This document shows, in pieces, positions 21,612 through 35,360 of a DNA stretch of 64,000 nucleotides (its first letter is position 1; each line of letters begins with the position of its first letter). This DNA is from an uncultured Planctomycetaceae bacterium (GTDB lineage Bacteria > Planctomycetota > Planctomycetia > Planctomycetales > Planctomycetaceae), in NCBI GenBank assembly GCA_963813715.1, contig CAWFAK010000009.1, positions 1 through 64,000 of the forward strand, written 5' to 3'. The notes beneath the pieces were generated by a model. It worked only from the letters and a program-made list of their open reading frames with translations. It was not told where the DNA came from and did not search any database. The position numbers and the translations under genes were made by a program.

Positions 21612-22076
21612 ATGAAAGTCTCCCGCAAATCCGACTATGCCCTGCGAGCCCTGTTCGGGCTGATGGCCACCGACGGCACGTCGCCGGTCTCCATCCGCGA
21701 GCTGTCCGAGAAGTATGACGTCCCGCGGCGGTTCCTCGAGCAGATCATGCTCGAGCTCAAGTCGAAGGGCTGGGTCCGCAGCATCGCCGGCCGTGACGGT
21801 GGGTTCGTGCTGGCCAAGAGGCCCGACGAAATCACGATGGGTGAAGTCGTCCGCCATTTCGATGGCGTGCTGGCGCCGATCAGCTGCGTGTCGACCACGC
21901 ACTACGAGCCGTGCAGCCAGGAATCGGTGTGCCGGTTCCGGCGAGTGCTGCTCGACATCCGCAACTACACGGCCCGGCGGATGGATTCGGCCACGCTGGC
22001 CGCCGTCTACGAAGCGCCGATCGTCACGCGAGAAGAGGTCTTTTCGTTCGAGTTTGTCGGCGGAGAAGGAATCTGA
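21612..22076 (+). CDS. Rrf2 family transcriptional regulator (IscR/CymR-like, three-Cys motif)
   Basis: MKVSRKSDYALRAL, FLEQIMLELK, GRDGGFVLAKRPDEIT, PISC..EPC..SVC. Confidence 0.92.
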   Translation: MKVSRKSDYALRALFGLMATDGTSPVSIRELSEKYDVPRRFLEQIMLELKSKGWVRSIAGRDGGFVLAKRPDEITMGEVVRHFDGVLAPISCVSTTHYEPCSQESVCRFRRVLLDIRNYTARRMDSATLAAVYEAPIVTREEVFSFEFVGGEGI

Positions 22077-22104
22077 ACCAGCGGCCGCATTTTTTTGTCC
22101 TGAT

Positions 22105-22134
22105 AATAATCACTATGCAAGTCGTGATTATTTA
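22105..22134 (+). promoter_or_regulatory. candidate Rrf2 operator (box 2), perfect 9-bp inverted arms
   Basis: AATAATCAC-N10-GTGATTATT immediately upstream of sbp. Confidence 0.65.
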
Positions 22135-22169
22135 ATTCCTGCGAAAACTTAGCTCTAAGGACCACGCCC

Positions 22170-23241
22170 GTGAGCCGTTTCCTGCAGCCTGTGCTCCTTC
22201 CTCGTCTGCAGCTCGTCTTCGTCCTGGCCATCGTCGTGTGCGCCGGGTCGGGCTGCGGCGGATCGTCGGCCGGCGAGCGGGCGGGCGTCGAGCTGCTCAA
22301 CGTTTCCTATGACCCGACGCGTGAGCTGTGGCGCGACCTCAACACGCAGTTCATCAAGCAGCAGCGGGCGGAGAACGGGACCGATCTCTCGATCAAGCAG
22401 TCGCACGCCGGCTCGTCGAGCCAGGCCCGCGCGGTGATCGATGGCCTCGAAGCCGACGTCGTCACGCTCGCCCTCTGGTCGGATATCGACGCCATTCGCA
22501 AGCGGGGCCTGATCAAGGACGGCTGGCAGGAGCGGCTGCCCAATCACTCGCTGGCCTACTTCTCCACGATCGTCTTCGTCGTCCGCAAAGGGAATCCGAA
22601 AGGGATCAAGGACTGGCCCGACATCGTCAAGCCGGACGTCGTCGTGATCACGCCTAATCCCAAGACCTCGGGCAACGGCAAGCTCAGCTTTCTGGCCGCG
22701 TGGGGCAGCGTGCTGCAAACGGGCGGGTCGGAGGCGGACGCCCGCGCGTATCGTGAGCAGGCTCTACAAACAGACGCCAGTGCTCGAGACCGGCGCCCGC
22801 GGCGCCACCACCACCTTCGCTCAGCGCGGCATCGGCGACGTGCATCTCACCTGGGAGAACGAGGCCCATCTGGAGGTCGACGAATCGGCCGGCGCCCTCG
22901 AGATCGTCTACCCGCCCCGCAGCATTCGCGCCGAGCCTTTCATCGCGGTCGTCGATGCGAACGTCGAGCGGAAGGGGACGCAGGCGGTCGCCGAGAAGTA
23001 CCTGAAATTCCTCTACACCGACGCCGGGCAGGAAACGATCGCCAAGCACTTTTACCGCCCCACGAACGAAGCCGTGCTCGCGCGGCACCACGACTCGTTT
23101 CCGGACATCCATCTCTTTTCGATCACGGCCGTGGCCGCCGACTGGGACGCGGCCCAGCAGAAATTCTTCGCGGACGGCGGCGTGTTCGACGCGATCTACG
23201 GGCCGGGGGCCGTCGCCCCGCCGCCGCGTGAGAAGAGCTGA
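22170..23241 (+). CDS. sbp: sulfate/thiosulfate ABC transporter substrate-binding protein (frameshift near 22755)
   Basis: [49 protein letters not shown]. Confidence 0.93.
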
Positions 23242-23394
23242 GGCGCGCCGCGGCCGCCTGCATTTCAAGGAGGAAGGGCCATGTAAGCCATCAATCCATT
23301 TGTGATTTCGATCGACACACCACCGATTTCGCAGAGCTGACCCCAGACGGGCCAGCTGGCACTTTCCTTGTTTTTTTCAAGAGGAGCATGACGA

Positions 23395-24664
23395 ATGAAG
23401 ACACCGTTTCGCACGATCCGGCCGCGATCGCGACGATCGGGGTTCACCCTGATCGAGCTGTTGGTCGTGATCGCCATCATTGGCGTGCTGGTCAGCTTGC
23501 TGCTGCCGGCGGTTCAAGCCGCGCGAGAAGCGGCGCGACGCACGTCGTGCCGCAACAACATGCGGCAGCTGGCCCTGGCCGCGCTCAATTTCGAGAGCGC
23601 GCAAAAAGTGCTGCCCACTGGCGGCCAGCTGAACGACTTCACGACGCCGACCAACCCGTCCTCGGGCCAGGCCGAGCCTTTCCCCACGTTCTCGCTCTAT
23701 TCATTCTTCACGGCGATTCTGCCGTACGCGGAAGAGACGACGATCTCCGTCCAGTACGACTACACGCACGCGTACAACGACGCCAACTCGCCGCAGAACC
23801 AGGTGGCCGCCAAGACGCAGATCCCCTGGTTCATCTGCCCGACCAGCTCGATCGATAACCCCGATCCGGACGGGTACGGCACGGCCGACTACTTCCCCAC
23901 GATCGGCACCGACATCGATCCCGACCTGGGTGTGCGGAATCAGCTTTCGATCGTGAACGGCGCGCTCGGCACCACCAAGCCGCCGACAATCGCGTCGATC
24001 AGCGACGGCACGAGCCACACGATCCTACTGGCCGAAGCACCGGGCCGGAACTTCGAAACGACTGCAGTACGGCCAACTGGGCAAGTACAACGATCCGGTC
24101 TTCGGTTCGTCGTCGGCCAGTTCGGCAAAGGAGGGCTGGTATTGGAACGGCACCGCCACCGTGCTCTATACGGGCGGCATCGTTCCCACGGGCGATACAA
24201 TTCCTCCCAGCGGCAAGCGGATTCCCGGTCGCTGGGCCGAGCCGGATAACGGCAACATCGTTTCGGGCCAGGCCAACGCCTACTACATCTCGGCGACCAG
24301 CTTCTACATCCCCAACCCGATCAACGGCAACGGGTATCCGTTGGGCGGGCCGGGCGGATTCACGCAGATTCCCACGAATCCGTACACGGGGACGCAGGGC
24401 GAGCCGTACCAGATCATCAATCCGACCGCGCCAGCCACCGGCGTCTACACGGCCGCTCCGCCCACCGGCAATCCATGCGGCTGGTACTGGAATCACTGCG
24501 GCCCGAACGGCGAGATCTTCGCCTTTCACCCGGCCGGAGCGAACGTTGCCATGGTCGACGGCAGCGTTCACTTCCTTAGCAACCTGACAGACGTGTTCAC
24601 GCTGCGAAAGTTGGTCTCGGCCAACGAGCAGATCCCGGTCGAGGGAGGCACGTTCCTGCAGTAG
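23395..24664 (+). CDS. DUF1559 prepilin-type protein (frameshift near 24060)
   Basis: [39 protein letters not shown]. Confidence 0.9.
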
Positions 24665-24913
24665 CGACGTTCCAGAAAACGACGGGGATTGATCGTCCCT
24701 TTGCCCGTCGTAAGGAGCCGGCGCCGGACGCACTGTGAGGTGCGTCCGGCAGCCGGTCTGTTCCGAGCCTCTGTGATCTGGCAATCGCTCAGAGGCCCGT
24801 CCTTCTCCATTGTGTGGCTTTTATCCCGGCTTGCAACGCCCAATCAGTGTTCAATCCGTCGCACGGACGATCCCTCGCGGCGATCGGTCGCGGCGACGGT
24901 TCTGGAGTAATCG

Positions 24914-25213
24914 ATGAAATACCTTCCGCTTGCGCTCGTAATCCTCTGCTCGGTTTCGCTCGGCTGCGGCCAGAGCACTCCCGTGATGACCAAGGCTCCC
25001 CCGGGATACCACGGCGGCCAGCCCACTCCGCCTGCTCCGGAGGAGGCCATCACCAAGCTCGAAACTCCCGAAGACAAGGCCCAGTACCTGCGCCAGCTGG
25101 CGAGCGACTCTTCGTTCAATCCGCAGCAGCACACAGACCTGCTCAAGAAGTACGCCGGCGACAGCAACGAGGAAGTGGCCTCGGCTGCGAAAACGTTGCT
25201 CGAGCGCCAGTAA
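24914..25213 (+). CDS. small lipoprotein
   Basis: MKYLPLALVILCSVSLGC lipobox; GGAG RBS. Confidence 0.7.
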   Translation: MKYLPLALVILCSVSLGCGQSTPVMTKAPPGYHGGQPTPPAPEEAITKLETPEDKAQYLRQLASDSSFNPQQHTDLLKKYAGDSNEEVASAAKTLLERQ

Positions 25214-25259
25214 CTTAAGTGCGAGTGACGCGCGTCACTCGCAACGGAGACCGACCGAA

Positions 25260-26525
25260 ATGAAATGGTTTCGCATCGTGTTGGGCAGTGCCGTGGCGCT
25301 CGCGAGCGTTTCGGCCACCATCTGGTGGGCGCGCTACGCCACCGGGGTCGAGCGTCCGGCGGCGCCACTCGATCCCGTCACCGCGCGGTATCGGGCGATG
25401 AAAGCGGGAGCAGCGCGGCAGGCGGGCCAGCCGGAATCGGAGACGGCGGACGCGGCCGCTACGCAAAGCGTCGATCCCTCGGTCGATCCGCGGCCCGCGC
25501 TCGTCGACCGAGCCCCCTTCCCCAAGGCCGTCGTGCACGAGCGGATTTACGAATTCGGCCGGATGGGGATTGGCGAGCACAAAAACCATCACTTCCGCAT
25601 CGAGAACCAGGGAGCCGGTCCGCTGGCGATCGCCAAGGGGCCGACCGAGTGCAAATGCACGATCAGCAACTTGGCCACGCGCGTCGTGCCGCCCGGGGGT
25701 TCTGCCGAGGTGGAAGTCGCCTGGGCGCCGCGCGAAGCCGATCCGACGTTCGAGAAGTCGGCCATTATTTGGACCAACGATCCCGACTTGCCGGAGATTC
25801 GCTTTCGCGTCGCCGGCAAGGTCGCTCGTGCGCTGGCCGTGACGCCGGTGGCCTGGCACGCCGGCCTCGTCGCCGAAGATCAGGAGGGTAAAGCCGTCGG
25901 CTCGGTGGTGTCCGATCTCGAGGCCGACTTCAAGATCCTCTCGGTCGAGACGCCCGATCCCAACGTGAAGATCAGCTACAAGCCGCTGTCGGCAAGCGCC
26001 CTCGATCGCCTCGGCATGCTGGGCGGCTACGAATTCACGGCCCGCGTCGGCAACGGCATTCCGCTCGGCACGTTTCGCACGCGGCTCAAGATCCTCACGT
26101 CGCTGGAGCCGAAGACGCCGCTCGCGGTCGAACTGACGGCTACGCGGCCGGGGCCGATCCACATTCTGTCGGCCGGCACGGCCCATTGGAGCCCGGAGAA
26201 GAGTCTGCTCAATCTGGGCCGCTTTCGACACGAGGACGGTTATCGCACCGAGGTGCCCGCCTACATCTACCACATGCCGGGCCCCTTCCGCGTGCTCGGC
26301 GTGAAGTCGAGCGACGGCTTCGTGAAGGTCTCCGTTGAGCCGAACCCGGGCAGCGGCAGCGAGAGTAAGTCGGGCGATCGGCAAGGCGTGCGATTCGTGT
26401 TCGAAGTGCCGCCTGGCTCGCCGCCGGTCAACTACTTCACGCAAAAGCCGGTGCACGTCACTCTCGAAACCAATCATCCCGTGTTGAAGACGATCGACTT
26501 CGATCTGCAGTTCGTATCACTGTGA
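25260..26525 (+). CDS. DUF1573-like Ig-fold exported protein
   Basis: YEFGRM..HHFRIENQGAGPL..ECKCT..VPPGGSAEV..WTNDP. Confidence 0.75.
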   Translation: MKWFRIVLGSAVALASVSATIWWARYATGVERPAAPLDPVTARYRAMKAGAARQAGQPESETADAAATQSVDPSVDPRPALVDRAPFPKAVVHERIYEFGRMGIGEHKNHHFRIENQGAGPLAIAKGPTECKCTISNLATRVVPPGGSAEVEVAWAPREADPTFEKSAIIWTNDPDLPEIRFRVAGKVARALAVTPVAWHAGLVAEDQEGKAVGSVVSDLEADFKILSVETPDPNVKISYKPLSASALDRLGMLGGYEFTARVGNGIPLGTFRTRLKILTSLEPKTPLAVELTATRPGPIHILSAGTAHWSPEKSLLNLGRFRHEDGYRTEVPAYIYHMPGPFRVLGVKSSDGFVKVSVEPNPGSGSESKSGDRQGVRFVFEVPPGSPPVNYFTQKPVHVTLETNHPVLKTIDFDLQFVSL

Positions 26526-26688
26526 GCGGTTCAATCGTGAGCAGATCAGTTGTGAGCGTATTCGCCATGCGTCCCTCGCCAACGCTGCGGGTTGGTCAGA
26601 CGCATTCACTAACTCGAAGCGTGAGCGAGGGCTCTTCGTTCACACCGAATTCCCCCGCGCCTAATCCCCCGACGGTCGCGAGGCGTTC

Positions 26689-27530
26689 ATGAACGGTCTC
26701 GGCCGGCCGCTGGCCCCCAATCATCGCATCCTGCCCGGCTATCGCCTGAGCCTGGGTTTCACGCTTTTGTATCTCACAGTGCTCGTCGGCATTCCGCTGG
26801 CCGCTTGCCTGGCGAAGGTCAGCTCGTTGTCGGCGGCCCAGTTTCTGGGAGCCGTCTGGACCGAGCGGGCCCGCGCGGCCTACCTGCTCACGTTCGGCGT
26901 TTCCTTCGCAGCGGCGGCCATCAACGTGCCGCTGGGACTGCTGCTGGCCTGGATCCTGGTCCGCTACGAGTTCCCGCTCAAGCGGGTGCTCGATTCGCTG
27001 ATCGATCTTCCGTTCGCGCTGCCGACGGCCGTCGCCGGGCTGGTCTATGCGAACCTGTACGTGCAGAACGGCTGGTTCGGCCGCTTCCTGGTGCCGCTGG
27101 GCATTCAGGGGGCCTATTCGCGGTTGGCGATTGTGCTCGTGCTGACGTTCATCGGCCTGCCGTTCGTCGTGCGGACGGTGCAGCCGGTGCTGGAAACGAT
27201 CGACGCGGAGATCGAAGAGGCGGCCGCCTCGCTGGGGGCGACCCGGCGCAAACGTTTAAGCGGGTGCTGCTGCCGTCGCTGCTTTCCGCACTCACCACCG
27301 GTTTTGCCCTGACGTTCGCCCGTTCGCTGGGCGAATACGGCTCGGTGGTCTTCGTCTCGGGCAACATCATGTTCAAAACCGAGATCGCCCCCGTGCTGAT
27401 CGTCAACCAGCTCGAGGAGTACCACTACGCCGAAGCCACGGCCATCGCGCTCGTGCTGTTGGCCGGTTCGTTCGCCACGCTGGCGGTGATCAACTCGCTC
27501 GAACGCTGGAGCCGCCGCCATGAAGGCTGA
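26689..27530 (+). CDS. cysT: sulfate ABC transporter permease CysT (frameshift near 27245)
   Basis: DLPFALPTAVAG, LPFVVRTVQPVL, EEAAASLGA, RSLGEYGSVVF. Confidence 0.92.
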
Positions 27531-28601
27531 GCCCGCCGCGGCGAAATTGCCCGCGCGGCGCGATCGGCAGGATCCGCTCTATATTCGCGTGCCGCTGATT
27601 CTTGCCGGCTTCGCGATTGTCGGCATCCTGATCGTGGTTCCCATCGTGAACGTCTTCTACCAGGCGCTCGGCCAGGGGTTGGAGACCTATTGGCACAACC
27701 TGGTCGACGACCCCGACACGCGGAGCGCGATTTGGCTGACGTTGATCGTGGCGCCCGTCTCCGTCGCGGCGAATCTGCTCTTCGGCATTGCCGCGGCCTG
27801 GGCCGTCACGCGATTTCAGTTCCGCGGCCGCACGCTGCTCGTCACGCTGATCGACTTGCCGTTCGCCATCTCGCCGGTCGTCGCCGGGCTGATGTTCGTG
27901 CTGTTGTTCGGGCTGCAGGGATATTTCGGCCCCTGGCTCCGCGAGCACGGCGTGCGAATCATCTTCGCCCTGCCCGGCCTGATTCTGGCGACGACGTTCG
28001 TCACGCTCCCCTTCGTCGCCCGCGAATTGATCCCCGTGATGGAGGCGATCGGCCCCGACGAAGAAACAGCCGCCCTCAGCCTGGGCGCGTCGGGCTGGCA
28101 AATCTTCTGGCGGGTGACGCTGCCCAATATCAAATGGGCCCTGCTCTACGGCGTGATCTTGTGCAACGCGCGGGCGATGGGCGAGTTCGGGGCCGTCTAC
28201 GTCGTCTCCGGGCACATCGCCGGCCAGACCGACACGATGCCCCTCCGCGTGCAAAAACTGTTCGACGAATACAACAACCCCGGTTCCTTCGCCGTCGCCT
28301 CGCTGTTGACGTCACTGGCCTTGTTGACGCTGTTCGCCAAGGTCTGGCTCGAACGCAAAACGCGGCGGGAAATGGCGGCCGGCGCGGGCCGGTGCGATCG
28401 ATCCGAGTGCAAACCGTCCGAGTGCACTCGTCGAAAGCCCGATAGTTGCCGAATGCGCCCGTCGGCAGCGACCCGATCGCCGGCGAACTCGTGGCGAGCG
28501 ATTTGGTTTCGCCCGTGCCCGTCGAGCGCGTTCCCGTCCCGCACGTTCCTGTCGCACGAATTCCGATCGCAGCTGTCCCCGTCAGCCGGGAGATCCCGTG
28601 A
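27520..28601 (+). CDS. cysW: sulfate ABC transporter permease CysW (3' tail frameshifted)
   Basis: [48 protein letters not shown]. Confidence 0.92.
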
Positions 28602-29659
28602 GCATCGCCGTCCGCAACGTGGTCAAAAAGTTCGGCACCTTCACGGCGCTCGACGACGTGAGTCTCGACGTGCCGCACGGGTCGCTCGTGGCGCTGTTGG
28701 GACCGTCGGGATCGGGCAAGACGACGCTGCTCCGGATCATTGCCGGCCTGGAAGGTCCCGACGGCGGCAGCGTGCTCTATCACGACGAAGACGTGACGCA
28801 TCGCTCGCCCCGCGACCGCAACGTCGGCTTCGTGTTTCAGCATTACGCCCTCTTTCGCCACATGACGGTGTTCGAGAACGTGGCCTTCGGCCTCCGAGTC
28901 CGCCGGGCTCCCAAAGGCCAGGTCGATTCACGCGTGCGGGAACTGTTGCACCTGGTTCGCCTCGATGGGTTCGCCGGCCGCTATCCGCCGCAACTCTCGG
29001 GCGGGCAGCGGCAGCGGGTGGCGTTGGCGCGGGCGCTGGCAGTCGAGCCGGGCGTGCTGCTGCTCGACGAGCCGTTCGGTGCGCTCGACGCCAAGGTTCG
29101 GCAGGAGCTGCGGCAATGGCTCCGGCGGTTTCACGACGAGATCAAGGTCACCACGCTCTTCGTCACGCACGACCAGGAAGAGGCCTTCGAGGTGGCCGAT
29201 CGCGTCGTCGTGATGCACAACGGCCGCATCGAGCAGCAAGGCACGCCGCAGGAGGTTTTCGATCATCCCGCCAACGCGTTCGTGATGGATTTTCTGGGCA
29301 ACGTGAACGTCTTCCAGGGGCGAATTCAGGACGGCAAGATGCACTTGGGGAACATCGAAATGGCCTGCCCGGAATACACCAACGGCGAATCGCGGGCGGC
29401 TACCGCCTATATCCGCCCCCATGAGCTCGACATCGACCGCAGCCCGGCCGTCGCCTCGAGTCTGCGAGCCAAGGTGCTGCAGATCAATCCTAACGGCTCG
29501 GTGGCCAAGGTGCGGCTCGCCTCCGAGGAAGCGGCGTTTGAGCTGAACGTCGAAATCAATCTCGACCGCTATGCCGAGCTGGGCCTGCAGCCAGGCGACC
29601 TGGTCCACGTCGCCCCGCGGCGGTTTCGCGTTTTCTTCCCGGAGGATTATGCGATCTAA
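28598..29659 (+). CDS. cysA: sulfate ABC transporter ATP-binding protein
   Basis: [40 protein letters not shown]. Confidence 0.95.
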   Translation: MSIAVRNVVKKFGTFTALDDVSLDVPHGSLVALLGPSGSGKTTLLRIIAGLEGPDGGSVLYHDEDVTHRSPRDRNVGFVFQHYALFRHMTVFENVAFGLRVRRAPKGQVDSRVRELLHLVRLDGFAGRYPPQLSGGQRQRVALARALAVEPGVLLLDEPFGALDAKVRQELRQWLRRFHDEIKVTTLFVTHDQEEAFEVADRVVVMHNGRIEQQGTPQEVFDHPANAFVMDFLGNVNVFQGRIQDGKMHLGNIEMACPEYTNGESRAATAYIRPHELDIDRSPAVASSLRAKVLQINPNGSVAKVRLASEEAAFELNVEINLDRYAELGLQPGDLVHVAPRRFRVFFPEDYAI

Positions 29660-30243
29660 TGGCGGCGGACCGGGTTGACGACGTCTGCGCTCACCGGCGC
29701 CGGCTCGGCCGGCGGCGGACCGACCAGGTCGCCGAAAAGCTCGCCGCCGCCGAAGCCGAACGGCACGGCCGGCGAGTGCGGTTCGGCATTCGGCTGCACC
29801 TGATCGTCCGCGAGACGACGGCCGAGGCCTGGGCCGACGCGAATCGCCTGATCTCGCACCTGGACGACGCCACCATCGCCGCCGCTCAGTCGGCCCTCGC
29901 ACGGCACGACTCGGTCGGCCAGCAGCGGATGCTGAAGCTCCACGCCGGCAATCGCGACGCACTCGAGATCAGTCCCAACTTGTGGGCCGGCGTGGGACTG
30001 GTGCGGGAGAGGCCGTCGTCGGCGACCCCCGACGGTCGCCGCCCGCATGGCGAGTACGCCGAACTGGGCATCGACACGTTTATCTGCTCAGGCTATCCGA
30101 TCTCGAAGAGCCTATCGGTCGCCGAGCTGCTCTTCCCCACTTGCCTCTCGATCACGGCTCTGAACCCACTCGCCCTCTCGGTCCGCGGCGAAGTGATCGG
30201 CAATCACCTCGTGCCCGACTTCAAGGTCGAGGCGAAGAGCTGA
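29659..30243 (+). pseudogene. ssuD: C-terminal half of FMNH2-dependent alkanesulfonate monooxygenase
   Basis: [48 protein letters not shown]-terminal half absent. Confidence 0.75.
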
Positions 30244-31933
30244 TCGGCCAGGCCGTCCATCGCTTTGGCGACGGGCGGACGCAAAAGCGGGCCGGCGAGC
30301 GAATCGTGGAGGAAGCGTGCGACCGGATGGTCGGCTTTGTACGCCCGGCCGCCGCACAGCATGGCGGCCTGCGTCGCCGCCTCGACGGCCGTGATCGCGG
30401 CAAACGTCTTGCGCGGACCGTGCGATCACGGGCTGACGCGGGAAGCGGCCAACGCTCGTCACGGGCGACCGCCTCGACCAGTCCGGCCGCCGCGTCGAGA
30501 TTGAGCGCGCAGCGGGCCAGCGTGGCACGAATGTAGGATGACGCCGCGCCCGAGCCGCCGACCCCCTGCGTGGCCGCGTCGAGCGCCCCTTCGCCGATGC
30601 CGACGAACACCGCGGCAAACAGCACCGTCGACCAGTGCCGCGCGTTGACGCCTTCGAGACAACCGGAAAATCCCAACACGTTCGCCGCCGGCGCCTGGTC
30701 GAGACTCAGCCCGACGCTGGCCGTGGCCCGCATGCCGAGCGGATCCCAGGCATTGTCGAACGTGACGCCGGGTGCGGTGCGAGCCACGAAGAACCCGTCG
30801 ATCACGTCCTTGCCGTCATGTCCCTCGCCCACCCGCCTGGCCGCACAGAGAAAATAATCGGCGTCAGGGCCGATCGTCGCGAAGGATTTTTTGCCGGAGA
30901 GTCGATACGTGCCGTCGGCACCGCGGGCGGCCAGCGTTTTGGTTTGTGCGAGGTCGCCGCCCGCTCCCGGCTCGGAGTTCGCCACCGCCAGGATGCGGCC
31001 AGCCAGGCACTGCTCGGCGATCCAGCGCCGTCCGGCCGCCAGCTCATTGCGCCGATCCTCCGGAACGACCGCGTCGGGGATGCGGGCCGTGGCGGCGTTC
31101 CCCAACGGCATCGCCAGCGCGAGGGCCGTGGCGGGCGCTCGCCGCGCCAAATTGCGAATTGCCTGCGCGTTCTCGGCCAGCGAACAACCCCAGCCACCCA
31201 ACTCGACCGGCACAGGCGCGGAGAGGATGCCGCTCGTGCGAAAGTCGGCCAGCGTTTCGGCGGCGACGGTCACTTCGTCGCGGGCGTTCTGCTCGTCCTC
31301 GCGTCGCGCCCAGTCGTCGAGTCGCTGGGCGATCGCGTCGACAATCGATTTCCGCGCGGCCGCGTCGCCGTTCGAGTTCGGCGCGGCGCAAACGTTCGCG
31401 AGCGGCGCGAGCAACCGTTGCCGCGCGGCTTCGAGCACGGGCCGCAACTCGGTCGGAACGGGCGACGTGGCATCGGCCGGCGGCGGCGAAAACGCGTGCA
31501 GCGTGACGGCGTCCTTCAAACAGTGCAGGCGATGAAACGCCCCGCGCGGCAGAAAGCTCTCGTGCCCCTTCTCCAGCGTTTGCAGCTCGAAGCGATAGCC
31601 GCCCTGGCCGTCCGGCAGGTAGCGCTCCTCGACGAGCGTCCCGGAAACGACGCGGAGCAGCACGTGGCTCTCGCTATGTCCGTGTAGCACGCACGAGCGG
31701 CCGCCCACCCAGTGAGCGCGGGACGTCTCATGCTGCTGGGTCCGCTCGATCAGCGTTCGCAGATAGGCGGCTCCCGGCGCCGGCGAACCGACGGGACGCG
31801 CGACGGGCGCGGCCAGCTCATCCAACAAGTCGCGGAGGTAGAGGCGGACATCGAGCGTCTTCGGTTCGGCGGCGGGACGACTTTCCGAGCGACCACGAGC
31901 TGCCTCAGTTCGGCCGGTGAACAGAAGGGACAT
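30204..31933 (-). CDS. cysteine-dioxygenase-like cupin fused to acyl-CoA-dehydrogenase-fold flavoprotein
   Basis: Cupin: [72 protein letters not shown]; an indel near 30410 shifts the C-terminus (..[15 protein letters not shown]..) to a stop at 30204. Confidence 0.8.
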
Positions 31934-32010
31934 GCTGATGTTCTCCAGAAGGAACGCGTGCGAGCGCGGATCTTCGATAAGCGCGACTCTGGTTACGCGA
32001 ACGCCGTTCA

Positions 32011-32026
32011 CGCAAACCGCGTGCCC
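32011..32026 (-). promoter_or_regulatory. sigma-54 -24/-12 promoter candidate
   Basis: gGGCACGCGGTTTGCg (GG-N10-GC) ~80 bp upstream of the cupin-ACAD ATG, next to a divergent bEBP gene. Confidence 0.65.
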
Positions 32027-32249
32027 CCATCCTGAGGGCTGCATAAACCGGCACAATCGGCCGGTTCGCACCGACAAAACGGACAAATAGGCAGACTGGG
32101 GCCCCAAACGGCTCGCCTCCGCAGTCAGAAAATCCAGGAAGGCACGGAAAATCTGTTATATTTCCTGGGAATGGCTCATCGGCTGGATGCGCCTTTTGGA
32201 TCCCCGGCTGATCGATGCCTACAGGACGAGTCGCGAGGGAAACCCGAAC

Positions 32250-33881
<1,632 letters not shown>

Positions 33882-33921
33882 CGGATAAGCGAATCGCCGG
33901 GCTCGAACTCTCCGACCGCGC

Positions 33922-35329
33922 CTACGCGAAAATCTCCGTCACCACATTGCCGGCGACGTCCGTCAGGCGAAAGTCGCGGCCGGCGTAGCGGTAGGTCAGC
34001 TGCTCGTGGTCGAGGCCCATCAGGGCCAGGAGCGTGGCGTGCAGATCGGTCGTGTGCATGCGGCCGTCGACGGCGCGGATGCCATACTCGTCGGTGCTGC
34101 CGTACGAATAGCCGGCCTTTACGCCGGCGCCGGCCAGCCACATCGGATAGCCGGTGATGTTGTGGTCGCGGCCGTCGGGACCTTGCGCCGTCGGCAGGCG
34201 ACCGAACTCGCTGCCGAAGAGGACGAGCGTATCCTCGAGCAGGCCCCGCTGCTCGAGATCGGTCAGCAGCGCGGCCGTCGGCTGGTCGGTCATGCGGCTC
34301 TGCGAGATCAACCCTTTGTGCAAATTCGAGTGGTGGTCCCAGCCCGACTGGCAGACCTCGACGAAGCGCACGCCCGCCTCGCTCAGGCGCCGGGCCATCA
34401 GGCACTGCCGGGCGAAGCTCCCCTCCGGGCCCGGCTTCACGCCGTAGGCCTCGCGTACGGCTTCCGGCTCGCGGGAGATGTCGAGCAGGTTGGCGACTTT
34501 GCCCTCCATGCGAAACGCCAACTCGAACGATTGGATCACGCCGTCGAGTTCGTCGGGGGCGCCGGGGCTGGCGGCCAGGTCGCGATTCATCGCCTGGATC
34601 AAGTCGATCTGGCGGCGCTGCAGTCCGCGGGCCGTCTGCGCCCGCAGGTTGGGCATCTCGCCCGGTGTCGTTGATCCGCGTGCCTTGAAAGTGGGCCGGC
34701 AGAAACGCGCTGCCGTAGTTGAGGGCGCCGCCGAAATTCGGGGGCGGGTTGATCGTGATGTAGCCGGGCAGATCCTGGTTCTCGGTCCCCAGCCCGTAGA
34801 GCAGCCAGGCCCCCATTGACGGCCGCACGAGCGTGGCGTTCATCGCGCCGGTGTGCAGCTGCACGACGGCTTGTGGATGGGCCGGCGTGTCGGTGTGCAG
34901 TCCGCGAATGAAGCAGAGCTGATCGACTTTCTGCGCCACGTGCGGATAAAGTTCGGAAACCCACGTGCCGGTCTGCCCGTGCTGGGCGAAGCGAAATTTC
35001 GAGCCGGTGAGGGTGCCGCCGCCGGGGCCGACCTTGCCGTGATCAGCCTGCAGCTTCGGCTTGTATTCCCACGTATCGACCTGCGACGTGGCCCCTTCCA
35101 TGAAGAGGAAGATGATCCGCTTGGCCTTCACGCGCAACTGCGGCGGCTTGGGGGCGAGCAGTGCGCCGGCCGATGGACGCGAGACGCCGGCGGTCGCGCG
35201 GCGCGGGGCCGTTTGACCCAAGAGCCCGGCGAGCGCGACCAGACCGAAACCGCCGCTCGCGCTTTTGAGCGCTTGTCGGCGGGAGAAAACAGGATTCGCA
35301 GGCAGCCAGGGAAGCGGAGAACGGGACAT
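33922..35329 (-). CDS. DUF1501 domain protein with Tat-like leader (frameshift near 34660)
   Basis: SRRQAL, KAKRIIFLFMEG, PSMGAWLLYGLG, ARRLSEAGVRFVE, GWDHH, EFGR, GRDH. Confidence 0.9.
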
Positions 35330-35360
35330 TGCTCGGACCTTTGGCGGATCGAGCCCAGCA

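Noticed and set aside
27520..29424. 634-aa extended CysW
   Set aside because: The extension is an off-frame read through cysA caused by an indel
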